A DNA stretch of 64,000 nucleotides from Trichosphaerium sp. ATCC 40318 (lineage: Eukaryota; Protista; Tubulinea), in assembly GCA_038496445.1 (NCBI GenBank), contig JALMLS010000585.1, positions 1-64,000 on the forward strand. The letters run 5' to 3'. Within the stretch, counting starts at the first letter, position 1; each line of letters opens with the position of its first letter. This document shows positions 32,551 to 45,105 of this stretch, piece after piece. The notes beneath the pieces are model-generated. The model worked only from the letters and a program-made list of their open reading frames with translations. It made no database searches and had not been told where the DNA came from. The position numbers were made by a program, and so were the translations under genes.

Positions 32551-33750
32551 ATGTTCCTTGGTTCCGCTGCGTTATTATGGGTTCTTGGTTGTGACGGTGG
32601 AACAATACCAAAGCGAGCAGAGCTCATTAAATTAAAGAAGGATGGCGAAAGAGCTGATAGGACAGAATCCAAGAGAATTAAATGGTTATCTTGCGCTATG
32701 AGCAAAGAACCATTACGCGCTCCAATTTGTTGCGATGTGTTGGGTAACTTGTTCAACAAGGACGTGGTTATAAAGAAAATATTAACAAAGAGAATGGAAG
32801 AAAGATTCAAACACATTCGCTCGTTAAAGGTAAATAACAGCACCTTTGTATACTCCCTTACTGTAAATACTAATTACACCTATTTGTAGGATCTAACAGA
32901 CGTTAATTTTACACCAAACCCCGAATTCAACGTAGATGAAAATATCAACGACTACATCAAGGTACCTTTATTATCCCTTCAATTTTGCGTAAAACCATTT
33001 TTTGTAATTTTGATTATTTTAACAGCCTGTAATCGTACTAAATTACTGTTATTAGGCGTCTCCTTTTATATGTCCTGTTACTGGTAATACTGTGGGCGTT
33101 ATTCCTTTCTCTGTTATCAAAAAGTGTGGCTGCGTTATATCCGATAAGGCTCTAAATGAAGTTAAAAGTACTGAGTGTCTTGCCTGTGGAGAACCATTTG
33201 ATCCTAAGAAGGATGTACAACGGTTAAATCCTGATAAAGAGTTACGAGAGGTAAGAACAAAATTTTGGATTTTTTCGAAAAAATTGATTTGTACTGTTGG
33301 CTTACTAACTATTTTCTAGAAACTCGAATTACAATTAGAACTTGCTGAAAAGGAACGTGCGTTAATTCGTGCTGCAAAAAGGGCTGCAAGGAAACGAAAA
33401 CGTGCTGCCAATGGCGAACTACCAAAGGAGAAACCAAGTACTGTTTTTTTCTTCTTCTTTTTCTATTTTTTTTTGAACTTTTTAACTTATATCTCTTGTA
33501 GCCAAAAAAAGCCGTCGTGCTGACCGTGCAGAATTGGATACAACCAAGAGTCTTCGTGTGAAAAGTGTGCGTAACAGTTAGCATCATGTGTTCAGTGTTC
33601 TGACACTTTTTTTAGGTTGTCAAAAAGGCTGAAAAGCAAACGGCTGAGTATAAGGATAGCGAGACTTACCGTAACTTGTTTACTGATTCTATCAAGAATC
33701 CTATGAAAGAAACATTTTGCTGTCGTCATGTGCAGCATAGATTGTTCTAA
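32551..33750 (+). CDS. RTF2: RTF2 (Rtf2 RING-like) protein
   Basis: GCDGGTIPKRAELIK, W..CAMSKEPLRAPICCDVLGNLFNKD, FKHIRSLKDL, FICPVTG, CGCVISDKALNEV, CLACGEPF. Confidence 0.93.
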
Positions 33751-33897
33751 AATTGATGATTTCATCCCGTTTGATACTGAAAATGTGTTTCTAAAAGAAA
33801 AGTGTAAAAAACTAATAAAAAAATGTAATAGTTTGGATTCTATGCCCAGTTATCCCTCCCTAACTTTTGTTTTAGTTTGAAGGTAAAAACCAACAGC

Positions 33898-35017
33898 ATG
33901 TTGGCTGTCGCAAACGTTACTCAAACTAACAGAGTTAAGAGCACTTTCGATCAGAAAAGTGCTTCATTGAATTCGGAAGTCTCCGATATGCATTAAACGT
34001 CAAAGAACTGGGTTTATGGAATGGACGCTAATGTCTCTCTTAAACGGTATGTAGTTATACCACTGAAAATGCAGTTAATACTAGTGTAGAGCAAAGCAAG
34101 CGAAGTTGAAGCGTGTACAAGAACGAGAAGCCCTAAATAGGCGACTGAGGAGATTCGAAAAACTAAAGACAATGAAAGCGTGAAAAAGTTTGTTCTGTGG
34201 TGGTTTGCCGGCCATTCATTATTTTATGTATTATCAATAATTCAGATATTCTTGTCCATTTTTTTTTATGGAAATGGATGCAAAGAAACAAAGTGTACGA
34301 AGAAAGAAACAACGGAAATTGACCCAAGTTATATTACATATTTTTTTTCCTTTTACTCTCAATTTTCAGCGTACAGGGCGGATGGTATCCTCTTCAATAC
34401 CCAATATTATTGCCATGAGTACAATCAGTTCTCAAGAGGATGTGATCATAGTCCTACGGATCTACAGATTCATAGTGAACCACAACATGATAAAATGTGT
34501 GCAAATTGAGATTGCAAGGAAAAAACTTGCAGCGCCACTTTAAATTTACAGTTGTGCTTCACCACGAGTCATAGCGTGTCTCTACCTAAAACAACAAATT
34601 TCGTATTACTTTCAATACATGGTATTCAAATAATGGCTTATTACACCAACCATGAATCAGTGCTCCAGTTAAACTTATATTCTTTAGTTGCAAGTATTCA
34701 GACGTGGGTATTGGTTGACTCACAATTTGTCTCAGCTTGGTTACATTTTTTCTGCACTAAGCCGTTTTGCTATGAACCGTGCACAGGGGCGGTATTATTG
34801 GAGTTTGTATTTAGTAACATATCTTGTTGTGGTAGGTTTTTCACTTATTGCTGGTACAGTTATTGTTGCAAGAAGTAAGAAGTGTGATGACTATGCTCCA
34901 TTAACTTGGAAACTTGGACTAGGCATTGTTGTTTCAAAGTGGCTATTATGTTTCTTGTACTTATGCGTTCCTTGTTGTTCAATGCTATTTCTGCTTTGTG
35001 TGGATTTGATTATCTAA
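33898..35017 (+). pseudogene. Disrupted Cys-rich multi-pass membrane protein
   Basis: Long near-open frame with hydrophobic segments, broken by TAG at 34138, TGA at 34507 and an apparent frame change near 34650-34700. Confidence 0.35.
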
Positions 35018-35286
35018 GTTAAGATTTGTCATGTTTACAATTTCTTGTACATTGTTGCTTTGAAAACTGAAATGATACGAACAATAAAACATTTCGTCTA
35101 CAAAGGTCTTTATACTACTAGCACTATCACGTGATCAAAAGCGTGTCCAATAAATAACTACTCCTAACAGCCCATTAAATAACGACAGGCAGAGATAGGG
35201 TTAAGCAAGGCAGTCAGAGATTGCTTTCAGAGAAACTTATGTTAAGTAATTGTCTTGTCCTAAAAACAGCAACACAAACAACACAA

Positions 35287-36000
35287 ATGTCACTTGCAAG
35301 CTTACCAGCAGAGCTATTAGTAGACATACTTAGCCTTGTAAAAAAAAGGGGTCCTGCAACACAATCGTGTGCAGCCTTGGCAAATATCGTCCACAACTTC
35401 ATCGGATACACAGGAACAATAACCATACCTTCAAACGAGGCTTGCCGTTACATTGGCCAATTTTTAGGCATATTGCGGAATACGCGCATACAAGTCGGTT
35501 ATCAAGTTACAGACGTAGGTATTAAGCATTTGGCGGGCGTTCAGCATATTGATCTAGCTGCAAAGGATGTTACAGACGTTGGCGTCAGTGCTCTTGCAGG
35601 AGTAAAACATATCAACTTAAATTGGTGCAAAATGGTGACAGATGAAGGGTTAAAGCGTCTAGCAGGTGTACAATCTATTTCGTTGTATGCAAATGAACAA
35701 TTTACAGACGAAGGCATTAAAGCTTTAGTTGGCGCTCGTGCGATTAGTCTATCATGCACATCCGCCGGAGATGACAGTGTCGTGCCTCTAATCGAAGCAG
35801 GCGTGAGAGATATTGATTTGAGCTGGACGAAGATTACTGATCTTACACTAAAAGCGCTTGTGGCTAACAAAGTGCGTGCTAATATATCTGGTTGTCAAGG
35901 TGTATCCGAAAACGCCAGACAATTTTTCACTTATGAATGGGATTACTCCGTTCTCGGGATTATCAATTTCCATTTAAGAGATGCACCTGAATTCCGGTAA
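35287..36000 (+). CDS. Intronless F-box-like plus leucine-rich-repeat (cysteine-containing LRR) protein
   Basis: MSLASLPAELLVDIL, then ~22-aa repeats VTDVGIKHLAGVQHIDL, VTDVGVSALAGVKHINLNWC, VTDEGLKRLAGVQSISL. Confidence 0.85.
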   Translation: MSLASLPAELLVDILSLVKKRGPATQSCAALANIVHNFIGYTGTITIPSNEACRYIGQFLGILRNTRIQVGYQVTDVGIKHLAGVQHIDLAAKDVTDVGVSALAGVKHINLNWCKMVTDEGLKRLAGVQSISLYANEQFTDEGIKALVGARAISLSCTSAGDDSVVPLIEAGVRDIDLSWTKITDLTLKALVANKVRANISGCQGVSENARQFFTYEWDYSVLGIINFHLRDAPEFR

Positions 36001-36318
36001 ATCGGGAATAAGATAAGCGATCATTTCCTATTTTTTACTTATATCCTAAACTTTTTCCATGCACCCATATTCTGTATGGCACGTGCTAGCAGTAAATAAA
36101 CCATCTAATGCTTGAACGAAATGCATGCTCACAGGTAAACGAGATTTTTGTTCGTCGTGTTTAAAGGGTAGTGTGGTCAGCTTTACAACATTAAATGATT
36201 GATACTTGTCTTAATCAGTATGCCTCAGTTTCGAAACGATTCTATTTTTGGAAGAAGCAAAGTCACGCTACATTATCGGTAAGTACAGATAATCTAAAGT
36301 ACATTTATTTGAATACAA

Positions 36319-37373
36319 TTAATCTGACATTGTTAAAAGAACAACCAATGCCAATCTATAGCCGCTCTTTAAAGGCATTACTTCATGAAAGTGTGTGCCA
36401 CGGTGTATAACAGCGTGACCTTTTTCAAAGTAAGCACTCAAAATGACAAACACCAGTACAGTACCTTTTGTATGTGAATAACAACAAAAACCATCACTTT
36501 CTTCAAGCTTATCTCTAAACATCAAGCTGCATTTACTAATAGTGTTGTAAGCTTATGATTACTTTGTGAAACTCTTCTTACTTATAAGGACATAATACAC
36601 CATCTATTGTATTCCAGTGTCGTCTATAGTGAGTAATGTGTGCTACACAACAATCTTCACAAGTGTGTTTTTGACATTCTTCACATTTCCAACTTTTATT
36701 TACTTCCTTATGGCATTTCCCACATTTCTCTGTATTGGGTAACATGGTGAAAGTAGGAACATCACAACTTAGAGGTTTATTGTCATAAAAAACAAGCTCA
36801 GAGCCTAAATATGTCAGACATGGAGAGAAGCAAGTCAATCTTCAAAACAACAAAAAAAAGTACCCTCAAATTGTGTTCCAAGACAAACTGTCATTGTAAT
36901 ATCACTATCATCAATATGTCGTTCCCAATGTACATCTTCACCTTTTCTATATGTAACAACCTTCGCATGTACATCTTTCACGTGTTTATTTTCCAAATCC
37001 GGGAATAAGACAGGGATCATCTTTGTAATGTAATCTTTTTTAAATCGGCAAGCATTTTTTCAAATCCAAACTCAGAAGGCACAATAACCTTACAAATATG
37101 ACCTAATTGTTCTCTATAGCTTTGTATCTCTTCTACAAATGCATCACAGAAGCTTTTTGTAAAAAACGGAAAGCTGTAGAGTTCTCGGGCACATTCTTTG
37201 TAATATTGCTTTGAAGCGATGTCTCTGCGTAAGCAAGGCTCCAGGAACGCCTTTGAAACGAAATTAAATACTATGGTGGTATTCTTTGTTCTTACCGGTT
37301 GTAATGTATAGAGAGACGTATTACTACGTTTAAATATACGTTTTACCTCTTGTAGACGTTGTTCCCTTCTCAT
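36319..37373 (-). CDS. 2OG-Fe(II) oxygenase (OGFOD2/PKHD-like) with a Cys/His-rich insertion
   Basis: YSFPFFTKSFCDAFVEEI; VVTY..HIDDSDITMTVCLG..FEGSELVF; GHAVIHRG.HFHEVMPLKSGYRLALV (HxD..H..R set). Confidence 0.85.
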
Positions 37374-38275
37374 TTATGCTTTTGAATGGCATGCTTTAAC
37401 AAACATTCGGTTTACTGAAATTGGTAAGTGTCTTCTTTCACTTAACATCAACTTACACCGACACGTGTTCGATGTTTATATTAGCGTTATAGTCATCTTC
37501 CCCTTCTTGTCATCGCCATCAACGTAACGAAGGTAGCCTAAGTAGTGTTCATACCAGTTGACCAAAGATGTCGCCAAAATTATTGGTGTGTTTACAATTA
37601 GTCTCACTTTTATTAGTCTGGCGTATAGGTTTATACTTTTTTGTGTTTTCATATTTAGTCCTATTTAGACCACCATTGATACGACTTTGTAAAATTAAGA
37701 ATCATACGAACCACCTCTTTGATGGTGTATACGAACAACTTCATAAATTCTTGAAGATATGTCTTAAACGTTGTGACCTTGTCAGTTGTGTAATTTCTCA
37801 TAGCACCAACTGTACCTGCATAGATGTACATTTTTTAGCTAGCTGGTGGCAGAATTTCTACGTTTGAGTTTGCGTGGTGCTGTACTATGTCGCTGTCGTA
37901 GCTTTATTTGGCGTTGTTGTATTCTTTTCCTCATTGGTGATTCTTGTCCTCCAGAAAACGATGAAACTGATTTTGCTATAGTCCACTTCCGCTGATCTCG
38001 TCTTGACTTCTTAACCACCTTGGAATCCTAAAACCAACTTAACAAAACCCGACTGTGGATATAATTTGGAACGCTTCTAAGTAGTTTCAAGACCACTCGA
38101 CGCTTTGATTTGTATCTAACAGTTTAAATCCAAACTGCGACCCTCATGATGGATTATTTGAGGGACATAAGCTAACTAGCTTTAATGCATTTGGTAAACA
38201 AACCATCACGCTTATTTTTTTTTTCTATTGGGTTTTATTTTCAAAGAGAAACAAAACTGTTTGATTGTACTACGT

Positions 38276-40011
38276 TCATGCCTTATTATTAGCATCTTTA
38301 GCGTGCTTAGAAATGAGAGCGTCCAAAGCTTCTGGTTTTAATCCCAAATAAGCTGTAAATAATGATTCCAATTGTATTTCTAGGTCTTCCTCACGCTACA
38401 TATTTTTTTTTAGATATCACGTGATTATCACGTGAAGGAAAAAAAAACACAAGAAAAAAAGGGAGTTGCGACTTACCTCTGCACACTCAGGTAGTAGAGG
38501 TTTCAATACACCTCTTAAATATGTATCAAGTAGTGTACTGACTTTTTTAGCTGTTGGTCTTGTTTTGGGATTAGGAGCAATCATCCTACGAACTAGAATG
38601 TCACTTGGAAACTTTTTGGGTAAGATAGTCTTCATTTTCATTTTATCCCATTCTGGCATTTTACCTTCAAATAGCTAACAAACAATTATGTTAGCTCTGA
38701 GGTGACGTTTCTTTTCGAGACTATAAGTTAATTATTGTACCTCGTAAAATACAATACCAAGACTATAAATATCTGCTGCATAGTCGTATTCTCCCTGTCG
38801 GACTTCAGGCGCCATCCATAAATACCTACAAACAATTAAACACAAGGAATACAGGTTCTGTTTTACGTACGTTCCGCGATCGTTAGTATGGCGCCTCTGT
38901 AAAGTAGGAGCAACTAATTTAGCACAACTATAAAAGAAATACCTTTAGCATTTCTTGTTAGCAAACAAAAAGAGCTTACCCAAAATCAGCTATTTTGCAG
39001 ATTCCGTCAGAATTTACTAAAATATCTAGAACAAATTTTGTTAGATCGTGTACTTGTCTTAGTCATATCTTTTTTGTGGTCGTACTTGGTGACTTTATAT
39101 CTCTGTGTAGAGTATGCTTTGACTTCAAATAAGCTAGGCCCAACGCACAGTGTCTTGCCATACGAAGTTTATGGAGAAGTGATAGCTTTTCTTTGTTGAC
39201 ATGAAGTACATCATGAAGACTACCTTTATCCATGTACCTTTATTTGGATATTAATATTAGAGACACAGCAACTTTAAAATTAAAAGCGTAGGTATTACTC
39301 CATGATTATAGATAGTTTTTGCTTGTCTTGACAGTATCCATAAATGTACACAACATAAGGATTTTCGCCGGCTCTTAAGAAATTGTTATTCCAACTTGTA
39401 ACATAAAAAAATCACTCTTGACTTACACCATCATGTTCACTTCATTTCGCCATTCTTCCACCTTTGCTTCACTTGATTCACGCGCCATATCTTTAATAGC
39501 AACTTCTTCTTTTATACCATGAGCCTAAAAAAAACTACGCTAAGCAAACAACAAAACATCATCATTTTCACGTCACGTGACAAAAATAAGTTCTCACCTT
39601 GCCTGTAAATAACTTTCCGTAAGTACCCAACGCGAAAAAAGGTTGGTCTCGCTTTATTTGAGATGGTTTAAATTTCTTTACGCCATTTTTTGATCCTCCT
39701 ACGCGACTGTTAACGATCACGTGTCCAAACAAACAAACAAAACAAATTCAAAAAAAAAAATACTCACTGCGTAGAGTAAGTGTTGGTTTCTTCGTTCTAG
39801 CAACACGACGAGCTGTTGTTAGTTTATCAGCTAGTCTAAGAGACTCTCCTCTTAATAATCGCCGTTCTAATGTCGTCACGTGTTCATCGCTCATAGAGCC
39901 TGTGCTTATCCCGGTTTTTGAAGGTGTTATAGGCTTTGCCTTTGCATCACCTTCTTCATGTTCAGCTGATATTCCAGCAGTAGGCATAGCGTTAACGGGA
40001 ATGTTACCCAT
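38276..40011 (-). CDS. Protein kinase, TKL-like, with possible N-myristoylation (MGN)
   Basis: LGTYGKLF, VAIK, NPYVVYIYGY, MEYMDKGSL, HRDIKSPNILV, KIADFG, GTYLWMAPE, DIYSLGIVFYE, RPTA. The 3' end may extend past 38276 via a GC donor. Confidence 0.93.
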
Positions 40012-40281
40012 TGTATTGAGAGCGATCGAGGTACACAAAAGGCGAAGTTAAAAAAATTCCCTAAGTGATAGTCAAACGGTTTAGCGCTCGAACAACGTCC
40101 TTTTTTAACGATGCTACTACGCAATGGTGTAGTACACTCTTACGACATAATATACCAGTACAAAAATCGTTGGTACGTGTACAGATAAGGAGAATATCAC
40201 AATAATGGCATTCTGTAACTGACAACGGAATGTACTTTATTGAGTAGCAGTTAAGATACAATAGATGGCGTAGTTGTAGGT

Positions 40282-41295
40282 CTACTTTACTAGTCCCCAC
40301 ACTAAGCTTCCAGGTGCCGAAAGATCATCGTCTTAAGAAAAAAACTGTTACCAACACGTTTCGTGAAAAGCCAAAACAAAAAAGTTCGTACTCGTCCAGA
40401 AGTTAGTTAGCGCGGTTACCAACTCATCAGTGGATAGTTCACCATTCTTATCAGTATCTATAGAAGCCCACATAGCCTCAGCATCTACAAAAAACGTTAC
40501 ACAAAAGTCACTAAAACGTGAGCTTTTTCGGTATTCCGAAAAACGAAAAAAAACGTGTACCTGCAGCAGGCACCTTGCATCCAGTGGCTACAAACTATCC
40601 AAAAATATTTAGGCATTGATAAAGAACAAGAATCTTCCTTACCTTGATGTATTCAGCTTTGGTTAGTTTCTTGTCTCCATCGACATCCATCATCTTCATA
40701 ACTGTTTTAAGCTTGCTCTTGATACCCTAAAAAACCGACTATTATGAAAAACAATCGTATTCCTAAAAACACATGCCTTGGCAATCTTTGCTGGGTCTTT
40801 CGCTGCGTAGAACGCCAAAAACTCATCTAGCGTTACTGCCTTGTCCTTATCAGTGTCTGCTTTTTTAAGCGACTTGAACCACTTCTTCCACGCTTTACTA
40901 AAGTGCTTTGCCTCTATTCTAGTATCAGTACCATCTCCTAACCCGAAAAGAAACGAACAAACCCAAAAACAAGTGTCGTTCCAAAACGAAAAAAAAAACA
41001 TGTGTCACGAACCGTCGGACTCTTTTTTGCCGCATGTTGTTACTAGGTTAGCTACAAGCGCGTCAAAGTCGGCCATATCCAGCTTGCCGTTGTTCGTTAC
41101 ATCAAGTGTGTTAAACTTGGCGGTTAACTTTTTCTTTAAGCTCTCAGAAAGCCCTGAAGCTGCTGCGGCTTTTTTAGGCTCTACAGGTTTTGCTTCAGCT
41201 GGCTTTGTTTCTGCAGGTTTTTGTTCGGCTGGTTTAGTCTCTGCAGGCTTTGCCTCTGCTGGTTTTGTTTCTGCTGGTTTGGCTGCGTCAGACAT
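40282..41295 (-). CDS. EF-hand calcium-binding protein (sarcoplasmic calcium-binding/calexcitin/calerythrin-like)
   Basis: Four EF loops: DVTNNGKLDMADF, DTDKDKAVTLDEF, DVDGDKKLTKAEY, DTDKNGELSTDEL. C-terminus FWTNDDLSAPGSLVWG. Confidence 0.88.
41175..41282 (-). repeat. 15-nt coding tandem repeat encoding KPAE(T/A/Q), about 7 copies
   Basis: KPAETKPAEAKPAETKPAEQKPAETKPAEAKPVEP. Confidence 0.9.
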
Positions 41296-41828
41296 GTTGT
41301 TGCTTGTGTTGTAATAATGATACCTATGGCAACGGATGCTGAACGTTAAATGTGATTGCTACACTTATTCAGAAAATAAATTCTTCGTTCTACATAGCAT
41401 TGCTTGGGACATAGAAAATAAATCAAATTATCGTGTCTTGGATATCTGTCTACCAAGATAACAATAAGCATGAGAAAGTAAAAATCTAACCAACCTAAGT
41501 AGTATGGCCTCGCTGCTACGTTGGTAATCTTGTAACTTGTTGATGTGATTTCGAACATTCTATTTTAACCAGTAGTGGATATTTGTAGCAAGGACCCCGA
41601 CCACCTCTAGAAATACATGAAGTTACAACTTACTATGTAATGTTTGTCAGTCTTAAACGCGTTGTTTACTCTTCCAAAAAGGGAAATAAGAAATCTGCTA
41701 TCTTTAATTTTTGAATAATTTATTTTGACTTGAGCAGACAGCTAGCCTCACTCTCAACCGTATTTCAATCCGCTTGCGGTTTAAATAGCTGTCTTTATGT
41801 ACATTAAAGGAGTATTTGGAGTGTTATT

Positions 41829-42370
41829 TTAGTTCCTCTTCCAAAATACTTGCACGTGGTATATTTCTGGAACAGTCTGTTTAGGATTGATGTACCAAAC
41901 GAATTCAAAGTCATCACTACCACAACGACGCTTTATATCAATTGTGATGTCTTTTGTTACTTGTTCATCTGATATCTCAGGCGGATGGTATGTGTACCAC
42001 ATAACAAAGTGTCTGGTGCCATTTGGTAAGTTGTAAGGGAATACGTTACGATCAAATACTCTGCGCTTTCTTAAATTATCCTATAGGCCTTTGATTAGCG
42101 TAAAAAACGCGTTTGAAGTAGTTTTAGTACCTTTTTAACAAAATAGCGTCCGTCTGATGCTTGTTCAGGCGCTAAACTGAATACTGTGTTTAATACATAG
42201 TCCGCTTCTGATACCCAGTTTTGTACGATCGTATGCGCCTGTTGGTCTTTTCTTTCTTTGCGTTCCGGCGTTGGCCGTATATTGTCCTTACCTGGTATCC
42301 ATGGGTGTGTGGCGTGTAATACTTCCAGTTTATCTTTGTCTGCGGGTACCTTCTGTCTCATAAGGGCCAT
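41829..42370 (-). CDS. DUF3605 / GIG1-like protein
   Basis: NVFPYNLPNGTRHFVMWY, and FVWYINPKQTVPEIYHVQVFW. Confidence 0.75.
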
Positions 42371-42557
42371 TTTAAAATTTTACAAACAGTTACATCACAA
42401 AAACATTCAGAGAATCTATTCATCAATTATGAACGAATTTTCGCTTAATCAGCGCGTAAAAAACAACAACAACAAGTGATTGTAAATCATTATATTGTTT
42501 GTACAAAAAAGTTGTGGTATGAAAAAAAAATTTACTTTAGTTCTATCGTGTAGGGCT

Positions 42558-44959
42558 CTAAGCGTCCCATTCGCCTTCGTTTTCTGAGTCATCATCAAAA
42601 AGGTCGTTTGCCTATTGTATGAGTAAGCAATTTAACCCAAGGGCATAAGAGAAGATACTTTAAAATCAAAAAAAATCCATCAAAAAAAAAAAAGAACTAA
42701 AGCTGTACAGGTTCAATATCGTCACCGCTATCTTCATCAAGAACTGGTGGTTTAATATCATCATCTTCATCATCACCTCCTTTTTTACTAATACAAAAAA
42801 TTAATGGTTAAATAAGGTGTACTCAAGCAAAGCTGAAAGACTTTCATTTTAAAAAAAACCACATACGATTTCTTGGTTTTTTTGCCGGCACCTCCTTTCG
42901 ATATTCCTCTTCTACGAAGCATCAATGCACTCATCAAATCTCCCATAAGACCACCTGATAATTAATGGTATTAGAAAACCGAAAACTAAGTTCACAGTAA
43001 GCTTCATACCGCCTCCAGCAGGCTTGGCCTTCTTTTTATCCTTCTTTATTCTTTTTTTGACAGATTTCAATTTTGCTTTGTTGTTAGCGCGAATTTGTGC
43101 CAACAATCCACCACGACCAGAATCTGGGGCTAGAGAGGCAAAGATAAGTATACCATACAAACAAATAAAATAACCCAACTTGGGTTTGTGTAAAGAATAA
43201 GTACGTACCAGCAACTGCTTTAGGTACACCAGCAGGTGGAGGAGGTGGAGGACCAGCAGCTTGGTTATACTGTTAGTTGTTGTATTTACAAAGTAGCAAG
43301 ATTAAAGTACCCGCAGGTGGAGGTGGAGGTGGGGCTGGGGCATCAGCTGACGGTGGCGGAGGTGGAGGTGGAGTTGGAGTAGACTCAGCTCCAGATGGAG
43401 GTAGAGGTGGAGCTATAACAAACAATTAGGTTGGTTAACGTACTAAATTAGTACCAGATGGAGCACCACTACCACTTTCTACTGGTGGTACATCAACTGT
43501 TGGAGCGCTATCCGCTGGTGGGAGTGCTGCTAAAACTTAGTGAGAAAATGAGAAAGTTGGTTTTCGCACCATCTGTTGAGCCGTCAGCATTTGGTAGTTC
43601 AGGTACTAATGCAGTAGGTGCGATAGAAGTAAGCTATAATAACATTAAGAACAAAAGAAAATCGAATGAAGACGAACTAAAGCAGCAGTGCTTCTGAAAA
43701 CGATGGAATACCAAGATTTTTCTTTTTGTATAAAAAAAAGGCTTACTGTGGTCCCTGCAGGGGCGTATGAAATATTTGTTGCAACCATAGGTAGATCAGG
43801 TAGTGTATTTGGTAAATTATCGAGTGTAGGCACATTTTTTTCGTCCAGAACTGGTACATAACCAATTTTTAAACCATCAGGTGTAGGCTGAAAAAAAAAA
43901 TCATAAGTATCATTTGTTGAAGTAGTTGTGCTTTGTGTACCAGTGTATCACCCTCGATAAGGGATGTAGGTGCAGCATAAATCTCTTCCCTGGATTACAT
44001 TAGTATTAATACACGTTACAAACGAAGTATTAAACTGTAGGTGATACAGTAAAACAATTCAAGTTGAAACGAATTTTTTTTTTCTTCTTTTTTTTTGTCT
44101 GATTTTGAACCACCTTTCAGTGGTTTTTAAACTTCGAAAATGCGTACTTGTCTGTTGTCTCCTTTCTGGTTGGTTTATCCTCTCCCAATAATGGATCAAG
44201 GTTGATGTATTTCTTGTACAAGTTCTCTTGTGTGTTGAAAAGCAACAAACCACTGATTGAAGGTAAACGCTCTGGCAATCTACCCAAACCTTCTTTTTCG
44301 CCTTCCACAACATCATCGATTGAAGACATGCCTGCAAACTTTACAACAGGATCCTCAACATACGCTGGCGGATTCTAATAGAGTTTTAGGACATGGAAGG
44401 CAAGGTTGGTGTGACCCATGAATAATATTGCTTACGTGTGGGTTATCTTGTAGTTTGACCTTGTATTTGGATTCAAAGGATATTGGAGGTGCTTTTGCGA
44501 ATAAATGCTCGGATTGTTCTAACGTGTCAGGTGCTGGGTATTTGGCAGGTGAAAATACTTGTGTAGCCTTCGTTGATCCTCTTATCGCATTAACTTTAGC
44601 CTTTGAGAACATGGAATTAGGTGCCACAAACGAATTTAATTATTATACTCACGTTTACGCCATCAATTCGGGTAACTACGCCTTGTAAGCGTTCTTTTTC
44701 TTTGTTTACCTTCCATGCGTTGTTAAATAACAATCAACTATGAAAAGTTACGTACTCTAGCTGTAATAGCACCAAATACATTATCAACAGTTTCTGTTAA
44801 TTGCTTCAAAGAGCATACCAGTTGGAAATAAGTTTCTGTTTGTCGCAAATTCGGGTTTACAACTAATAATTATGTAAGTACATGTATTGGTAATCGTAGA
44901 AGTATACCAGGTACAGCGAATTTTTGAGATACGCTCACAGACGCAATTGCTGTGGACAT
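42558..44959 (-). CDS. WASH1: WASH complex subunit 1 (WAHD, polyproline, WH2/VCA)
   Basis: [71 protein letters not shown], polyproline, [31 protein letters not shown], acidic EGEWDA. Confidence 0.96.
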
Positions 44960-45105
44960 ATTGGTACCAGTTGATTTTTATAACGCTTTATAGGCTTCTT
45001 GACAAATTCAAGTGACTATTCTCAACGCACACTCGTAGAACCGGCAAGAAATTTGTTCAGTTCAGCACAAGTCAACTTAAATTTAGTGTTTACGCTTGAA
45101 TAACC

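Noticed and set aside
37400-38270. Additional gene or kinase C-terminal extension
   Set aside because: Exon-like pieces exist, but I could not build a consistent frame or recognise a domain.
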